Assembly (NCBI GenBank): GCA_042562495.1
Contig: JBHPMC010000001.1
Span: forward strand, 41,983 to 105,982
Source: Candidatus Margulisiibacteriota bacterium
GTDB lineage: Bacteria > Margulisbacteria > Termititenacia > CAZZFK01
Direction: 5' to 3'
Length of the DNA stretch: 64,000 bases
The notes below the pieces were generated by a model. It made no database searches, had not been told where the DNA came from, and worked only from the letters and a program-made list of their open reading frames with translations. Numbering within the stretch: position 1 is the stretch's first letter; each line of letters begins with the position of its first letter. Positions 35,085-44,644 of this stretch are shown in pieces. A program made the position numbers and the translations under genes.

Positions 35085-35678
35085 ATGACAAAAGCAAACA
35101 GCGCACTTACGTGGGGACAAAGAGTGGAGGCAAAAAAATATTATAAACAAGTAACTAAAGATAGCAAGATCGAGAAAGGCGACGTTGACTACAAGCTGGT
35201 TAATGCCTTTATGCTAAAAAAGCCTAAACAATGTAAAGAAATGCTGAGCATGATGACGCCGGACGCGCTCAATGCTTTTGCTTTACGGATCAGCAATCTT
35301 TCTCCGGTTTATATAGAAAAGATCAATAAAGAAGACGTTTTGTTTGACCTCTCCCTTAAAGTTCTGAATTTAGCAATAGCAGAAAACAAGGGTGCCGGGG
35401 GCGGCTTTGATACAGCAAAAGCGCTGTTTGAAACGCTCGATAAAGGCTGGCAAGCCTTCTTGGTGCCAGACAACGAGAGCGGATTAAATACCGAGCTATC
35501 CAAATGTTTGGCGTATGTACAAAAAGAGATACAAAAAGATCCCGGGAAGAACATAAAGACAGAACAGCTTGTAAAAGATGCTAACCGGGTGGCCTTTTTC
35601 AGAGAGTACATAATGTCTGGAGACAAAGGCAAGCTGGTGACATTTCATGACCCTGAGTTGGCCGAGGCTCTAGAGTAA
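35085..35678 (+). CDS. hypothetical protein
   Basis: ORF with AAAAAGGAGG SD before the ATG at 35085. No recognisable motifs. Confidence 0.4.
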   Translation: MTKANSALTWGQRVEAKKYYKQVTKDSKIEKGDVDYKLVNAFMLKKPKQCKEMLSMMTPDALNAFALRISNLSPVYIEKINKEDVLFDLSLKVLNLAIAENKGAGGGFDTAKALFETLDKGWQAFLVPDNESGLNTELSKCLAYVQKEIQKDPGKNIKTEQLVKDANRVAFFREYIMSGDKGKLVTFHDPELAEALE

Positions 35679-35842
35679 AAAAAGATTTTCAAGAACTTGA
35701 GAAAAAAATAAGAACGACCCAAAAAGGCTGGGCACCCCGCCTACGCAAAATGCTTTGGCGGGCAGGCCATGCCTTCGCCAAGGCTACGGCAGGCGGGCGG
35801 TGGAGGAAGTTAGAACTTTGATACATGGGTTGAATAAGGGTA

Positions 35843-36868
35843 TTAGGAGGGGCTGTCCGGAATAAAATCTTTTCTATTCTTTTCCATATCCCCCAAAATT
35901 TCGTCACTGGGCACGAGGGGTCCATGCTTCAGGGCGTCTCTTAAATGATTAATCCTCTTAATATTATAATTTTCACTAAAATTAAGATCCTCATTAAATT
36001 CAATAACACGATTTAACTTAGAAATGATAATATTTTTATATATATCATAATTTTTCCCCTCCACAAGAAGTATAGCAGCTCCATTAACTTTCATTCTACA
36101 TACAAAGTTCTCAGCATTTTCTTGCCCCGGCCTATTGTTAAGATCAATTTCTAATTTATATATTGTTGATCCTTCGCTCCACTCTAAATATATCTGGGGT
36201 GTTTTATCTATTTTATCTCTACCTTGTATAGCCCAGGTGCCGTCTGGAAGTCGGATCTTTTTTATAGCAAGCTCCTCTTGTTGGGAAGTTGTCTTTTCTG
36301 TTTGCCCATACGCCAAACCAATCAATTCGATTGGGAAGCTGTCCTTGGGAAAGGAAAATGTATCGCCATTTATTGATTCAAAAATAATATTGTTATTTTC
36401 AATATAAATATCTTTTATCTTTTCCTGGTTAACAGAGGATGCCAAAGAGGTATTTAAGTTTTCTATAAATACACTTTTATGCATTATCCTTTCGAAATAT
36501 TTGTTGGCTTGTACGTTCGTCGAGGCCCCATCTGGTACAAGAGTAAAAATAGTTTGATTTTTATTGAAATAGCCAACTATCTTTTTTATAAAAGCATTTG
36601 CAGTAATATTTTCTCCCTTAAGAGGATATCCACGCCAAAAACGAACTCCGCTAGCTGGTGAGATTGTTAAGGAATCAACCGATTTTAAATATTTTTCCCA
36701 TTCCTGATCAGTTATTTGTTTGCCAGTACTTCTCTGGAATACTTCTTCTTTTTGTACACTTCTATCTCGATGTTGTGAAGGGAGCCATTTATAATCTTTG
36801 TTAAAAGATGACCTATAAAATACATTTGGAAACGCAGGTAGCCACAGGACCACTCCTTTTCTTGGCAT
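35843..36868 (-). CDS. hypothetical protein
   Basis: 341-aa ORF. No recognisable motifs. Confidence 0.4.
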   Translation of the reverse strand: MPRKGVVLWLPAFPNVFYRSSFNKDYKWLPSQHRDRSVQKEEVFQRSTGKQITDQEWEKYLKSVDSLTISPASGVRFWRGYPLKGENITANAFIKKIVGYFNKNQTIFTLVPDGASTNVQANKYFERIMHKSVFIENLNTSLASSVNQEKIKDIYIENNNIIFESINGDTFSFPKDSFPIELIGLAYGQTEKTTSQQEELAIKKIRLPDGTWAIQGRDKIDKTPQIYLEWSEGSTIYKLEIDLNNRPGQENAENFVCRMKVNGAAILLVEGKNYDIYKNIIISKLNRVIEFNEDLNFSENYNIKRINHLRDALKHGPLVPSDEILGDMEKNRKDFIPDSPS

Positions 36869-37074
36869 ATTTATTGTGCACTATATCTATACCCATTCTA
36901 GCTGGTTTTTATACGGGGTTTCCATAGTTTCTTGGGATCTCACGGAACCCCGACTACGCCCTGTGGGCTTCGACGGGCAGCCTTCGCTTGTTGTGCTTGT
37001 ATGTATATAATTAATTTTATTATTAATTGAAACCTGCATGGCCGCGCCAGCCATAGCGCTGAAAGCGCGAAGGC

Positions 37075-37151
<77 letters not shown>

Positions 37152-37199
37152 ACGAAATAAATTACTTTTCAAATATTGTGCCAAAGCCCGGAAGCTTTC

Positions 37200-37257
37200 T
37201 TCAAGTCCAGGCTGCGGAATTTATCCTGAGCTAGCAAGGCTAGCGAAGGATCCCGCG
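37200..37257 (-). pseudogene. decayed partial duplicate of the tRNA-fMet 5' half together with its conserved upstream leader
   Basis: CGCGGGATCCTTCGCTAGCCTTGCTAGCTCAGGATAAATTCCG aligns loosely with CGCGGGGTGGAGCAGCCTGGTAGCTCGTCGGGCTCATAACCCG. The 28-nt leader cccgcgacgaa(a/t)taaatt(a/g)cttttcaaa is repeated at 37147-37175 and 37252-37281. Confidence 0.3.
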
Positions 37258-37386
37258 ACGAATTAAATTGCTTTTCAAAGGAAACGAAGTATACCAGAAA
37301 TATTTTTTTTTGACTATGTTGATAAGCTAAGTAGTATTTTCTTTGGGAATACTTTATTTCGCTGACGATATATATCCGGTGTTTAA

Positions 37387-38121
37387 ATGTCAGATCTAAA
37401 ACTTTTAAATAACACAAAAGCCACACAGGCCGATGTCGTATTGAGCACAAAAAAGATCACCAACCACAAGGCTTTTAATGGACATACGGTGGGCGTTTTT
37501 GGAGATTCGATAACTGCCGATATCCAATATGTTAATTATATTAGAGAACTAAAGAAGCTGTGTCCTTCTATGTCCTTTGAGAACCACGGGATATCCAACC
37601 AAAAGACCTGGGAAATAAAAGAGCGCCTTAAAACAGCATTAGAAACAAAAAAGTATGATCAAATAATCATTCTTTGTGGCGTGAACAATGTATACAATCC
37701 AGATAAGGTGATCGAAGACCTTAAAGAGATGTATGCCATGGCCAAGGCCCATGGGGCCAGAGTAATTGCTGTCACGCTTACCCCGAACCAAGGCTGGGAA
37801 GGCTTTGCAAAGAAACAAGACGTGTTTTTAAAGAACACACAGAAAGTAAACGATTTCATTCTGGGGCGCAATGGCTTTGATAGCCCAAAAAATGTTGATG
37901 TTGCTGTAAATGTCTATGATAAGCTTGGTTCGCAAAGCGATCCTCACAAAATGTCGGCAGAGTATACTAATGATTTTCTACATCCCTGCTGTTGTGGGCA
38001 AACAATAATCGCCCAAGAGATCTTTAAGAAAGCTTTCTTTTATAAGCCAAAGCCCCCGGTGCCCTTATTTATTGAGGACGACAATAGGATGGTAACCGCC
38101 AAAGAAGTTTCCGGTTCATAA
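37387..38121 (+). CDS. SGNH/GDSL-family hydrolase
   Basis: VGVFGDSIT (GDS block I), ILCGVNNV block, and DFLHP (DxxH catalytic block) near the C-terminus. Confidence 0.6.
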   Translation: MSDLKLLNNTKATQADVVLSTKKITNHKAFNGHTVGVFGDSITADIQYVNYIRELKKLCPSMSFENHGISNQKTWEIKERLKTALETKKYDQIIILCGVNNVYNPDKVIEDLKEMYAMAKAHGARVIAVTLTPNQGWEGFAKKQDVFLKNTQKVNDFILGRNGFDSPKNVDVAVNVYDKLGSQSDPHKMSAEYTNDFLHPCCCGQTIIAQEIFKKAFFYKPKPPVPLFIEDDNRMVTAKEVSGS

Positions 38122-38194
38122 TAATACCGAAGCGTTTTTTTAAATATTGAGCCAAAATATGTATGTTACAATATATGCAGGATAGGAAGGGCAA

Positions 38195-38419
38195 ATGCCG
38201 TTAAGTGAAATTCAGAAAAAACTTTTATGGGTAATTGTGGCGCTATTAGCGCTGTTTACGGGCCTAGTTATGTACAATACCGCCCAAGACATAGTAATGG
38301 AAAAGAAGCGCCAGGAAGTGATCGAGCAGCGGAAACAAGCTGAGGCGAAGCTTTCTCCGGGAACAAGTGTTCGGACAAGCCGCAGAAGATTGTTCTATAC
38401 GCCAAAATGGGAAGAATAA
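38195..38419 (+). CDS. small single-pass membrane protein, hypothetical
   Basis: 74 aa, one TM helix LLWVIVALLALFTGLVMY. SD-like GGAAGGG upstream. Confidence 0.3.
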   Translation: MPLSEIQKKLLWVIVALLALFTGLVMYNTAQDIVMEKKRQEVIEQRKQAEAKLSPGTSVRTSRRRLFYTPKWEE

Positions 38420-38426
38420 AAGCGAA

Positions 38427-38813
38427 TTAAACTATAGAGACGAAAATTCCGCAGATCGCAAGCTTAAATCCCCAAGAAAGAATATTTAAAAGCGTGGTAG
38501 CTTTTTTGGTCTCCAGCCAAAGCCAGTTGTTGAACAGCATATACAGCATGGGCAAGAACATAATATAAGCAAAATACAAGCCACCACCGATACTGGGATT
38601 CAACGCCTTAAAGACAGCCAGAAAACGAAAAGTAAATATGAATATCAGGGCAAAAAAGACCTGCATGAAAAGGCCGATCGGGATCGTAAATTTTAATTTC
38701 TCAATAAGCTCTTTTCTTTCTTCGTCATCTAGATTGGTTACGGCATATAAACCATAAAGCAATAGATCTACAGTGAAAATAATAAAACCTAAAATGACGC
38801 CCATGCCTACCAT
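38427..38813 (-). CDS. 4-TM small membrane protein, paralog A of 54076-54480
   Basis: LKFTIPIGLFMQVFFALIFIFTFRFLAVFKALNPSIGGGLYFAYIMFLPMLYMLFNN aligns with the plus-strand paralog (TIGGGLSYAFIFFVPMLYILLSN). Start chosen at the internal MVGMGV. Confidence 0.5.
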   Translation of the reverse strand: MVGMGVILGFIIFTVDLLLYGLYAVTNLDDEERKELIEKLKFTIPIGLFMQVFFALIFIFTFRFLAVFKALNPSIGGGLYFAYIMFLPMLYMLFNNWLWLETKKATTLLNILSWGFKLAICGIFVSIV

Positions 38814-38958
38814 TTTGTACTCCTTGCGTGTTAAGAATAAGCATATTATAGGGAAGGAAACGAAGATGTACAACTGGGCAAAACGAAAAAGATATAATTA
38901 ATATCGAGTATATTTTTCCTTAAATATGGGTATATTTTAAGCAGAGAAAGGCATTTAA

Positions 38959-39870
38959 ATGCGCAAATATTTGGCTTGCGGGTTGTTGATCATATTATGC
39001 ATAATCCTAGGCTGTGGCCGTACGCGTGAAAGTACGCTCATTACCGGATCGCCATTTGACAATATGCCTCCGCAAATATTGAGCCTGATCATAGATGCCA
39101 ACAATGTGAACGCTCCGCATATAATAAATTTTACAGCGATAGTGAGCGACCCAGATGAGGTTACGAGCAATTTGCAATTGATCTGGGATTTTGGGGATGG
39201 GACCACTATCAACGCTCAATCTCCGGCGCATAATTATACGTACCAGGGAGAATTTGCATATTCTCTGACGGTATATGATAGCCGCGGGGCTTCGGCCAAT
39301 CGCGAAGGGGCAACGACGATCAAGCTGATCGGTGGCAATCATAGGCCGCAGATCACTACATATAATGCAGCGCCAGTAACTCCCGGCCTAGGACAAATTG
39401 TGACATTTACCGGGGATGGAACAGATGCCGATGTCGGCGATACCCTAACCTATGTCTGGAGATTTGGAGACGGAGAATTTGTGCAGGCCAAGAATACCAG
39501 CCATGCCTATGCTTCCAGCGGATTATACACAGCAAAACTGATCATATCGGACCAACACGGCGCAATGAACTGGGAAGAGGTCTTAATAGCCGTTGCAACT
39601 AATATGCCGCCAACAATACAAAGCGTGGCTTGGCTGCCTACGGAAAACCTACAGGCTCCCGCAACGGTCAATTTCACTGCAGCGGCAACCGATATTGATG
39701 GCACGGTCGTTTCTTATTTTTGGAGATTTGGAGATGGAGCCTCGTTCGTATCACAGAACCCGATGCATGTTTATACAAATGCCGGAGCTTATTCAGTAGA
39801 GTTAACCGTAGTAGATAATGAGGGCGGAACCACCATAACGCAGAACAGCCTCCAAGTTTTAGCCGAATAA
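38959..39870 (+). CDS. lipoprotein with three PKD domains
   Basis: Signal peptide plus lipobox IILGC. Three repeats carrying the PKD signature W(D/R)FGDG(T/E/A). Confidence 0.75.
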   Translation: MRKYLACGLLIILCIILGCGRTRESTLITGSPFDNMPPQILSLIIDANNVNAPHIINFTAIVSDPDEVTSNLQLIWDFGDGTTINAQSPAHNYTYQGEFAYSLTVYDSRGASANREGATTIKLIGGNHRPQITTYNAAPVTPGLGQIVTFTGDGTDADVGDTLTYVWRFGDGEFVQAKNTSHAYASSGLYTAKLIISDQHGAMNWEEVLIAVATNMPPTIQSVAWLPTENLQAPATVNFTAAATDIDGTVVSYFWRFGDGASFVSQNPMHVYTNAGAYSVELTVVDNEGGTTITQNSLQVLAE

Positions 39871-39981
39871 ATTGTCAAGCTGATAAGTTATAAAATCCAA
39901 GGAGTTTTAACGGTTTTTTTGTTGCTTTTAAATAGAATTTTGCTATGATATTGTAAGCTTACTAGAGCAAGGGGGTGTAGG

Positions 39982-40146
39982 ATGGAATTGTTGAAGAAGT
40001 TTTTCACAGATGAATCCGGGCAAGGCCTTGTAGAGTATGCCTTGATCATTGCTTTAATAGCCGTAGTGGCTGTTGCAGCGATCACGATATTAGGTGGAAG
40101 AATCGCAACCATGTTTCAAAATGTTGCTAACGAATTGCCTAGCTAA
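39982..40146 (+). CDS. flp: Flp/Fap family type IVb pilin (54 aa)
   Basis: MELLKKFFTDESGQGLVEYALIIALIAVVAVAAITILGG. The GQGLVEYALI Flp motif, with the prepilin peptidase site after G. Too short for the ORF track. Confidence 0.85.
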   Translation: MELLKKFFTDESGQGLVEYALIIALIAVVAVAAITILGGRIATMFQNVANELPS

Positions 40147-40177
40147 TAAATTAATTTATTATCGAACGAGTAGCTAA

Positions 40178-40218
40178 AAGGGAGTCTTTGAAATATTTTC
40201 AGGCTCCCTTCGTTTTTA
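40178..40218 (+). terminator. intrinsic terminator/attenuator downstream of the flp pilin gene
   Basis: AAAGGGAGTCTTTGAAATATTTTCAGGCTCCCTTCGTTTTT, an imperfect GC stem followed by a T-run. Lies between flp and tadE. Confidence 0.5.
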
Positions 40219-40234
40219 AGGAGAGCATAAGTAC

Positions 40235-40654
40235 ATGTTCGGCAAGAAAAGAAAAGGGCAAGCCCTTGTAGAATTTTCTTTAGTAATAGTTTTGTTTTTA
40301 TTTATCATCCTGGGGACGATCGATTTTGGTCTATTTCTATACTCCACAATAATCCTAGATACGGCGACCCGAGATGGAGTGCGCGTTGCAGTCGTGCGCA
40401 CGGATTGGGGTACTAATTACGATGATATCGTTGAAGAAATAAAAGATGTTGTAGAAGATCGCTCTCGTTTTTTGCCCGAAACCACCGGGCTGCGTGGCCG
40501 GACAATTGTTACTTTAACGCCGAGTGCGATTGATCCGGAATCTATTACAGTAGAGGTGCGTAACCAGCCTTATAATACAATAAGCGGGTTTTTAGGCTTG
40601 ATCTTGCCGGACGATATCTCAACGGGGGCGACGATGCGATATGAAAAAAGATAA
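40235..40654 (+). CDS. tadE: TadE-like pseudopilin
   Basis: KGQALVEFSLVIVLFLFIILGTIDFG is the TadE/G N-terminal domain. Confidence 0.75.
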   Translation: MFGKKRKGQALVEFSLVIVLFLFIILGTIDFGLFLYSTIILDTATRDGVRVAVVRTDWGTNYDDIVEEIKDVVEDRSRFLPETTGLRGRTIVTLTPSAIDPESITVEVRNQPYNTISGFLGLILPDDISTGATMRYEKR

Positions 40655-41957
40655 TAGAAGACGTAACAAAAAAAAACAAAATCACGGGCAGATCATGGTC
40701 ATGGTCGCGCTGTTCTTTACAACGATCATCTTGGTCGGGGGCCTGGTAACAGATGTGGGCACGATGATGCTTGTGCGCCAGCGGATAAAACGGGCGGCTG
40801 ATGCAGCAGCCTTGGCCGGAGCCCAGGGCTTGCCGAGCGGCGCCGTCTCCGAAGCAAATGCCTTAAATTATGCAGCCTTAAATGGGTTTACCAATGGATC
40901 TAATGGCGTTACCGTTGTTACGGACATAAATCCAACCGGAGAGAATGAGAACTGGGTAAGGGTGACGATCACAGCACCTCATAATTTTTTCTTTGGTCGG
41001 CTGATCGGCTTGACCCAGAGGAACATTACAATGTTTGCTACGGCGCAGTTCAATACATTTATTCCGATCAGCATAAATCTGGCGGGGATTTACGGAGAGG
41101 AAAAGCCCGAAGTTACCTTAATGGTGCGAGGCAAGCAATCTCCATTTGAACATGGCGACCCGTATTCCGTGCCTATCTTAGATGATGGCTCCCCAAATCC
41201 TTTATATGATCCGGATGGCTATAATTATCGCCTTTATGTTCCAGAAGATTATGTGGCACTGAACGGATCGTCAATAATGAAAGTGGAGATATATGATCCG
41301 GATAGCTGGGGGAATTTCGATAGCGAGGGGACAAGAACGCTGACGCACTATAAATTATATGCACCGGATAGTACTCCCCAAGATTATAGTGATGATGTAT
41401 TGATCGCCACGTATTCGAAGAGTGGCGTGGCCGATACTTCAGTAACGTGGGCCAATCCCCCGGGCTTTATGGTAGATATAGCAGTGTGGGGAAACGGGAT
41501 CTATAGAGTTAATGTGAATTCGGACGATGGCTATAATGCCAACGGCTTTCATTTAAGGGCGGGGCCAGATGAAAAAAATTTTAACCCCAACAACGGGACA
41601 AGGATCACTACCGATGGGCGATTGCCGCTGAGATTCAATAAGACAGGAGATATTGTCATGGAGCTAGGCTATGTCCCTGCGTCTGCTGCAGGCACACGCC
41701 TACACATCAATAAATTTGATACGGATATCGGCAGCACAGATATTATTTACTCTTGCAGCACAGTATCGCAGACCTGGGGTGGCGAGTTGGCGGGCAATGC
41801 AGAATGGAAGGAAGATGTAATTGACGTCCCCAGTGCTTATGCCGGGGGTATCTGGTATGCCCAATATTATGCCGGGAATACCGATTGTTCGGTCTGGAGC
41901 ATGTGGTATGAAGGCATGTCCACTGAAGAGAATGGCTTTGTTTCGTTAGTAGAATAA
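40641..41957 (+). CDS. TadG-like Flp pilus assembly protein (large pseudopilin)
   Basis: N-terminal GQIMVMVALFFTTIILVGGLVTDVG...RQRIKRAADAAALAGA is the Tad/TadG motif. 438 aa. Confidence 0.65.
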   Translation: MKKDNRRRNKKKQNHGQIMVMVALFFTTIILVGGLVTDVGTMMLVRQRIKRAADAAALAGAQGLPSGAVSEANALNYAALNGFTNGSNGVTVVTDINPTGENENWVRVTITAPHNFFFGRLIGLTQRNITMFATAQFNTFIPISINLAGIYGEEKPEVTLMVRGKQSPFEHGDPYSVPILDDGSPNPLYDPDGYNYRLYVPEDYVALNGSSIMKVEIYDPDSWGNFDSEGTRTLTHYKLYAPDSTPQDYSDDVLIATYSKSGVADTSVTWANPPGFMVDIAVWGNGIYRVNVNSDDGYNANGFHLRAGPDEKNFNPNNGTRITTDGRLPLRFNKTGDIVMELGYVPASAAGTRLHINKFDTDIGSTDIIYSCSTVSQTWGGELAGNAEWKEDVIDVPSAYAGGIWYAQYYAGNTDCSVWSMWYEGMSTEENGFVSLVE

Positions 41958-41958
41958 A

Positions 41959-42492
41959 ATGCCACAACTACCTATTCCCTATTACGTTCTCTTCTTGATA
42001 ATTTTGATTGCGGTTAGCACAGACCTAAAGGCCAGGAAGATCTATAACCTGCTTACTTTTCCCGGAATGCTCTTGGGGATAGCGCTGAACATGCTTATTG
42101 TTTCTAAGGCAGCGCCGCTTGCCGGCCTATGGTTCAGCCTTCAAGGATTATTATTTGGAATCTTAATATTTTTCATCCCTTTTGCCCTGGGCGGGCTTGG
42201 CGCAGGAGATCTTAAGCTGCTAGGTGTTATCGGAGCTTTTGGCGGCCTTAATTTTGTCCTTTGGGCGGGGCTCTATAGCGCTATTGCCGGCGGCGTTATC
42301 TCCTTGTTAATAATATTATTTGATAGAACAAAGCTTAAGGTGACCGGCAGGTTTTTCAAGAACCTGCTCAATTCCTTGCTCTATCAAATAAAAATTACTC
42401 CTCCGGAAAAAGAAAACATTGCCGGCCGGCGGTTCCCCTATAGTTTTGCTGTTTTGACAGGAACTATCTTGGCGATACTATTTCAACTGTAG
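41959..42492 (+). CDS. cpaA: A24-family prepilin peptidase (CpaA/TadV)
   Basis: 177-aa polytopic protein. GGLGAGDLKLLGVIGAFGG with the catalytic Asp pair context. Confidence 0.8.
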   Translation: MPQLPIPYYVLFLIILIAVSTDLKARKIYNLLTFPGMLLGIALNMLIVSKAAPLAGLWFSLQGLLFGILIFFIPFALGGLGAGDLKLLGVIGAFGGLNFVLWAGLYSAIAGGVISLLIILFDRTKLKVTGRFFKNLLNSLLYQIKITPPEKENIAGRRFPYSFAVLTGTILAILFQL

Positions 42493-42813
42493 GCTATCTC
42501 CGACCTTTATTTTTTCTAAAAAATCCAGCCGAGGGACCTCTAAAAAGTATTTTGCTAAGCGATAGTATTTGCTGATTTGCCAGGGGCGCAGGCTGAATTT
42601 GTCTAACACGTTTAGCTTTTCATCCAGGACAAAGATAGCAAGCTCGAAGCACATGCAGAACATGTGGATCATTTGTGTATTCTCCAGAAGCAGCGCCTTG
42701 GCCGGAGGTTTTAAATAAAAAAGAAACCCGCGAGCTTTTGATAAAAAGCTGTGACAGAGAACGACCTGGTCCAACAGGACGGCATTGTTCAAACAAAGTT
42801 TTTTAGAAGACAT
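42478..42813 (-). CDS. DUF192-like (COG1430) protein
   Basis: LSKARGFLFY...TQMIHMFCMCFELAIFVLDEKLNVLDKF loosely fits the DUF192 pattern that often accompanies tad loci. Confidence 0.4.
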   Translation of the reverse strand: MSSKKLCLNNAVLLDQVVLCHSFLSKARGFLFYLKPPAKALLLENTQMIHMFCMCFELAIFVLDEKLNVLDKFSLRPWQISKYYRLAKYFLEVPRLDFLEKIKVGDSLQLK

Positions 42814-43699
42814 TTATAACTTGTATTATAGCTGGGCCGATAATTACGACCAAGAGCGAAGGCAAGATAAAAAGGACCATGGGGATCAAGATCATTACCG
42901 GGATCTTAGCGGCCTTGGCGCGCAGGGCTTGGGTCTGCTTAATGCTGATCTGGCGGGCCTGGCTGCGCAGGACATTCGAAACGCTAATTCCCATTTGATT
43001 AGCTTGGATGATCAGCGTTATAAAGGAGGAAAAATCAGGAAGGCTGATCCTTTTGGCCATATCCTGTAGAGCTTCAGGGACAGATTTGCCCATGCGAATT
43101 TCAGAAGTGACCTGAGCTGTTTCGTCGCGCAATGCGCCGGAAGATTTTTCAACAAGCTTGCTTAGGGCGCCCTCCATATCCAAGCCAGCCTCAACGCATA
43201 CTCTCAGCAGATCAATAAAATTCGGCAATTCACGTAAAATTACTTTGTGCAGCTTGGCTATCTTTGATTTAAGCATAAGGTCCGGGAAGAAAAAGCCAAG
43301 GCCCAGGAACATCAGCAATAAGCCCTGATTGGTCTTTACGCCGAGCATGGAAAAATATAAAGGGAAGAACACGATTATAAAGACCATGATAATGGCTTTT
43401 AAAAGAAAGTATTTAGCTGCGGTAAAATCTTTTATCCTGGCGATAACGATCTTTTGTTCAATATCCCGAATAATATTTGCGGGGATAAATCTATTGATCA
43501 GAACCTCGGTTTTTTTTGCTAAAGCTTCGGTCAACGGGCTGCGCGCGCTTTCTCCCGGAGTAGCCTTGGTTACGCCGGCGATCGCTTTGGCCAAGCGTTT
43601 TTTTATAAAGGCACTGTGTTTGCCTACTTCCCACAGAAAGTAAACCAGCAGGATGATTATCATTATGATTATCGTAATTATAAAGCCGTAAAATGCCAT
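42803..43699 (-). CDS. tadC: Flp pilus assembly inner-membrane platform protein TadC (T2SS F domain)
   Basis: 298-aa membrane protein with a GspF-like domain (FIDLLRVCVEAGLDMEGAL). Confidence 0.8.
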   Translation of the reverse strand: MAFYGFIITIIIMIIILLVYFLWEVGKHSAFIKKRLAKAIAGVTKATPGESARSPLTEALAKKTEVLINRFIPANIIRDIEQKIVIARIKDFTAAKYFLLKAIIMVFIIVFFPLYFSMLGVKTNQGLLLMFLGLGFFFPDLMLKSKIAKLHKVILRELPNFIDLLRVCVEAGLDMEGALSKLVEKSSGALRDETAQVTSEIRMGKSVPEALQDMAKRISLPDFSSFITLIIQANQMGISVSNVLRSQARQISIKQTQALRAKAAKIPVMILIPMVLFILPSLLVVIIGPAIIQVINVF

Positions 43700-43711
43700 T
43701 GTTGATCCTTT

Positions 43712-44638
43712 CTATTCAATACTGACGATCATCTTTATCGCAAAAATACCGATGACCTCTAGAATGAGCGCGGTCGTGATCATGGCCAGCCCTATAGCTG
43801 TAGTAAATAATTGCATGATGTAATCAGGATTTACCATAAAAACAAAAAGAGATATCACAAAAGGCATAAGTCCCACGATAAAGCCAGAAACTTTTCCTTG
43901 GGCAGTGAGCACTTTTACTTCGCCGCGGATCTCTTGTTTGGTCCGGATGGTCTCGGCGATCTTGCCTAGGATATCTGAGAGGGAGCCGCCAACTTCATTT
44001 TGGATCAAGATAGCGGTCACAAAAAGGCTTACTGGCTCGCTCGGCATTCTGTTGCCTAGATTTAACATGGCCTCATTTAAGGAAAGGCCCCAATTAACTT
44101 CCTGGTTGAGCAACTCAAATTCTTCACAGATCGGAGTAGGCATTTCTTTAGCAATGATCTGTAGCGCTTGGCGCAAGCTGAATCCGGAACGCAGAGTGTT
44201 GGCAATTAAATATAAAGCATCCCCAAAGAGTTTTTCAAAGGCCTTGGCTCGCTGCCTGGCCAGAAAAGTTACGATCAAATAAGGTAGGATCAAGCCTATA
44301 AAGCCCAGAACAAAGGCTACAGAGAGCTGCTTGCTTACCAAGAACATGATCAAGAAAAGCGAAAGATAAGAAATAAAATTAAGGGCCATAGCTTCTTTTT
44401 CTGAAATTTCAATTCCGATCTTACGAAAGAGTTCAATAAAATTATGAAGCAACTTAATAAAGATATTACGTTTTTTGGATTTGCCCATTTGATAAGCGCT
44501 CTGCCCGCTACTTTCTCTCATCTGCAGTTGTTGCAAGCGCCGGCGGACCAAAGAACCACGCTCGCTACCAATCTTATAAATATTAAGAACGATAAAAGAA
44601 AGCGAAGCGAATAAAAGCAGATAAGCAACGATGAACAT
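43712..44638 (-). CDS. tadB: Flp pilus assembly inner-membrane platform protein TadB (T2SS F domain)
   Basis: 308-aa membrane protein. GspF-like domain (LYLIANTLRSGFSLRQAL). Confidence 0.8.
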   Translation of the reverse strand: MFIVAYLLLFASLSFIVLNIYKIGSERGSLVRRRLQQLQMRESSGQSAYQMGKSKKRNIFIKLLHNFIELFRKIGIEISEKEAMALNFISYLSLFLIMFLVSKQLSVAFVLGFIGLILPYLIVTFLARQRAKAFEKLFGDALYLIANTLRSGFSLRQALQIIAKEMPTPICEEFELLNQEVNWGLSLNEAMLNLGNRMPSEPVSLFVTAILIQNEVGGSLSDILGKIAETIRTKQEIRGEVKVLTAQGKVSGFIVGLMPFVISLFVFMVNPDYIMQLFTTAIGLAMITTALILEVIGIFAIKMIVSIE

Positions 44639-44644
44639 GGTTGC

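Noticed and set aside
35689-35925. 78-aa minus-strand ORF
   Set aside because: It lies across the GC-rich self-complementary element and has a Pro/Arg/Ala-rich composition typical of out-of-frame GC-rich DNA. It is more likely an RNA element.
36869-37074. Possible ncRNA between the tRNA and the 35843-36868 gene (hairpins GGGGTTCC...GGAAACCCC and GCGCTTTCAGCGC)
   Set aside because: Only short local hairpins with no match to any RNA family I can recognise (not SRP, tmRNA or RNase P). More likely the tRNA 3' processing/terminator region plus the promoter of the downstream gene.
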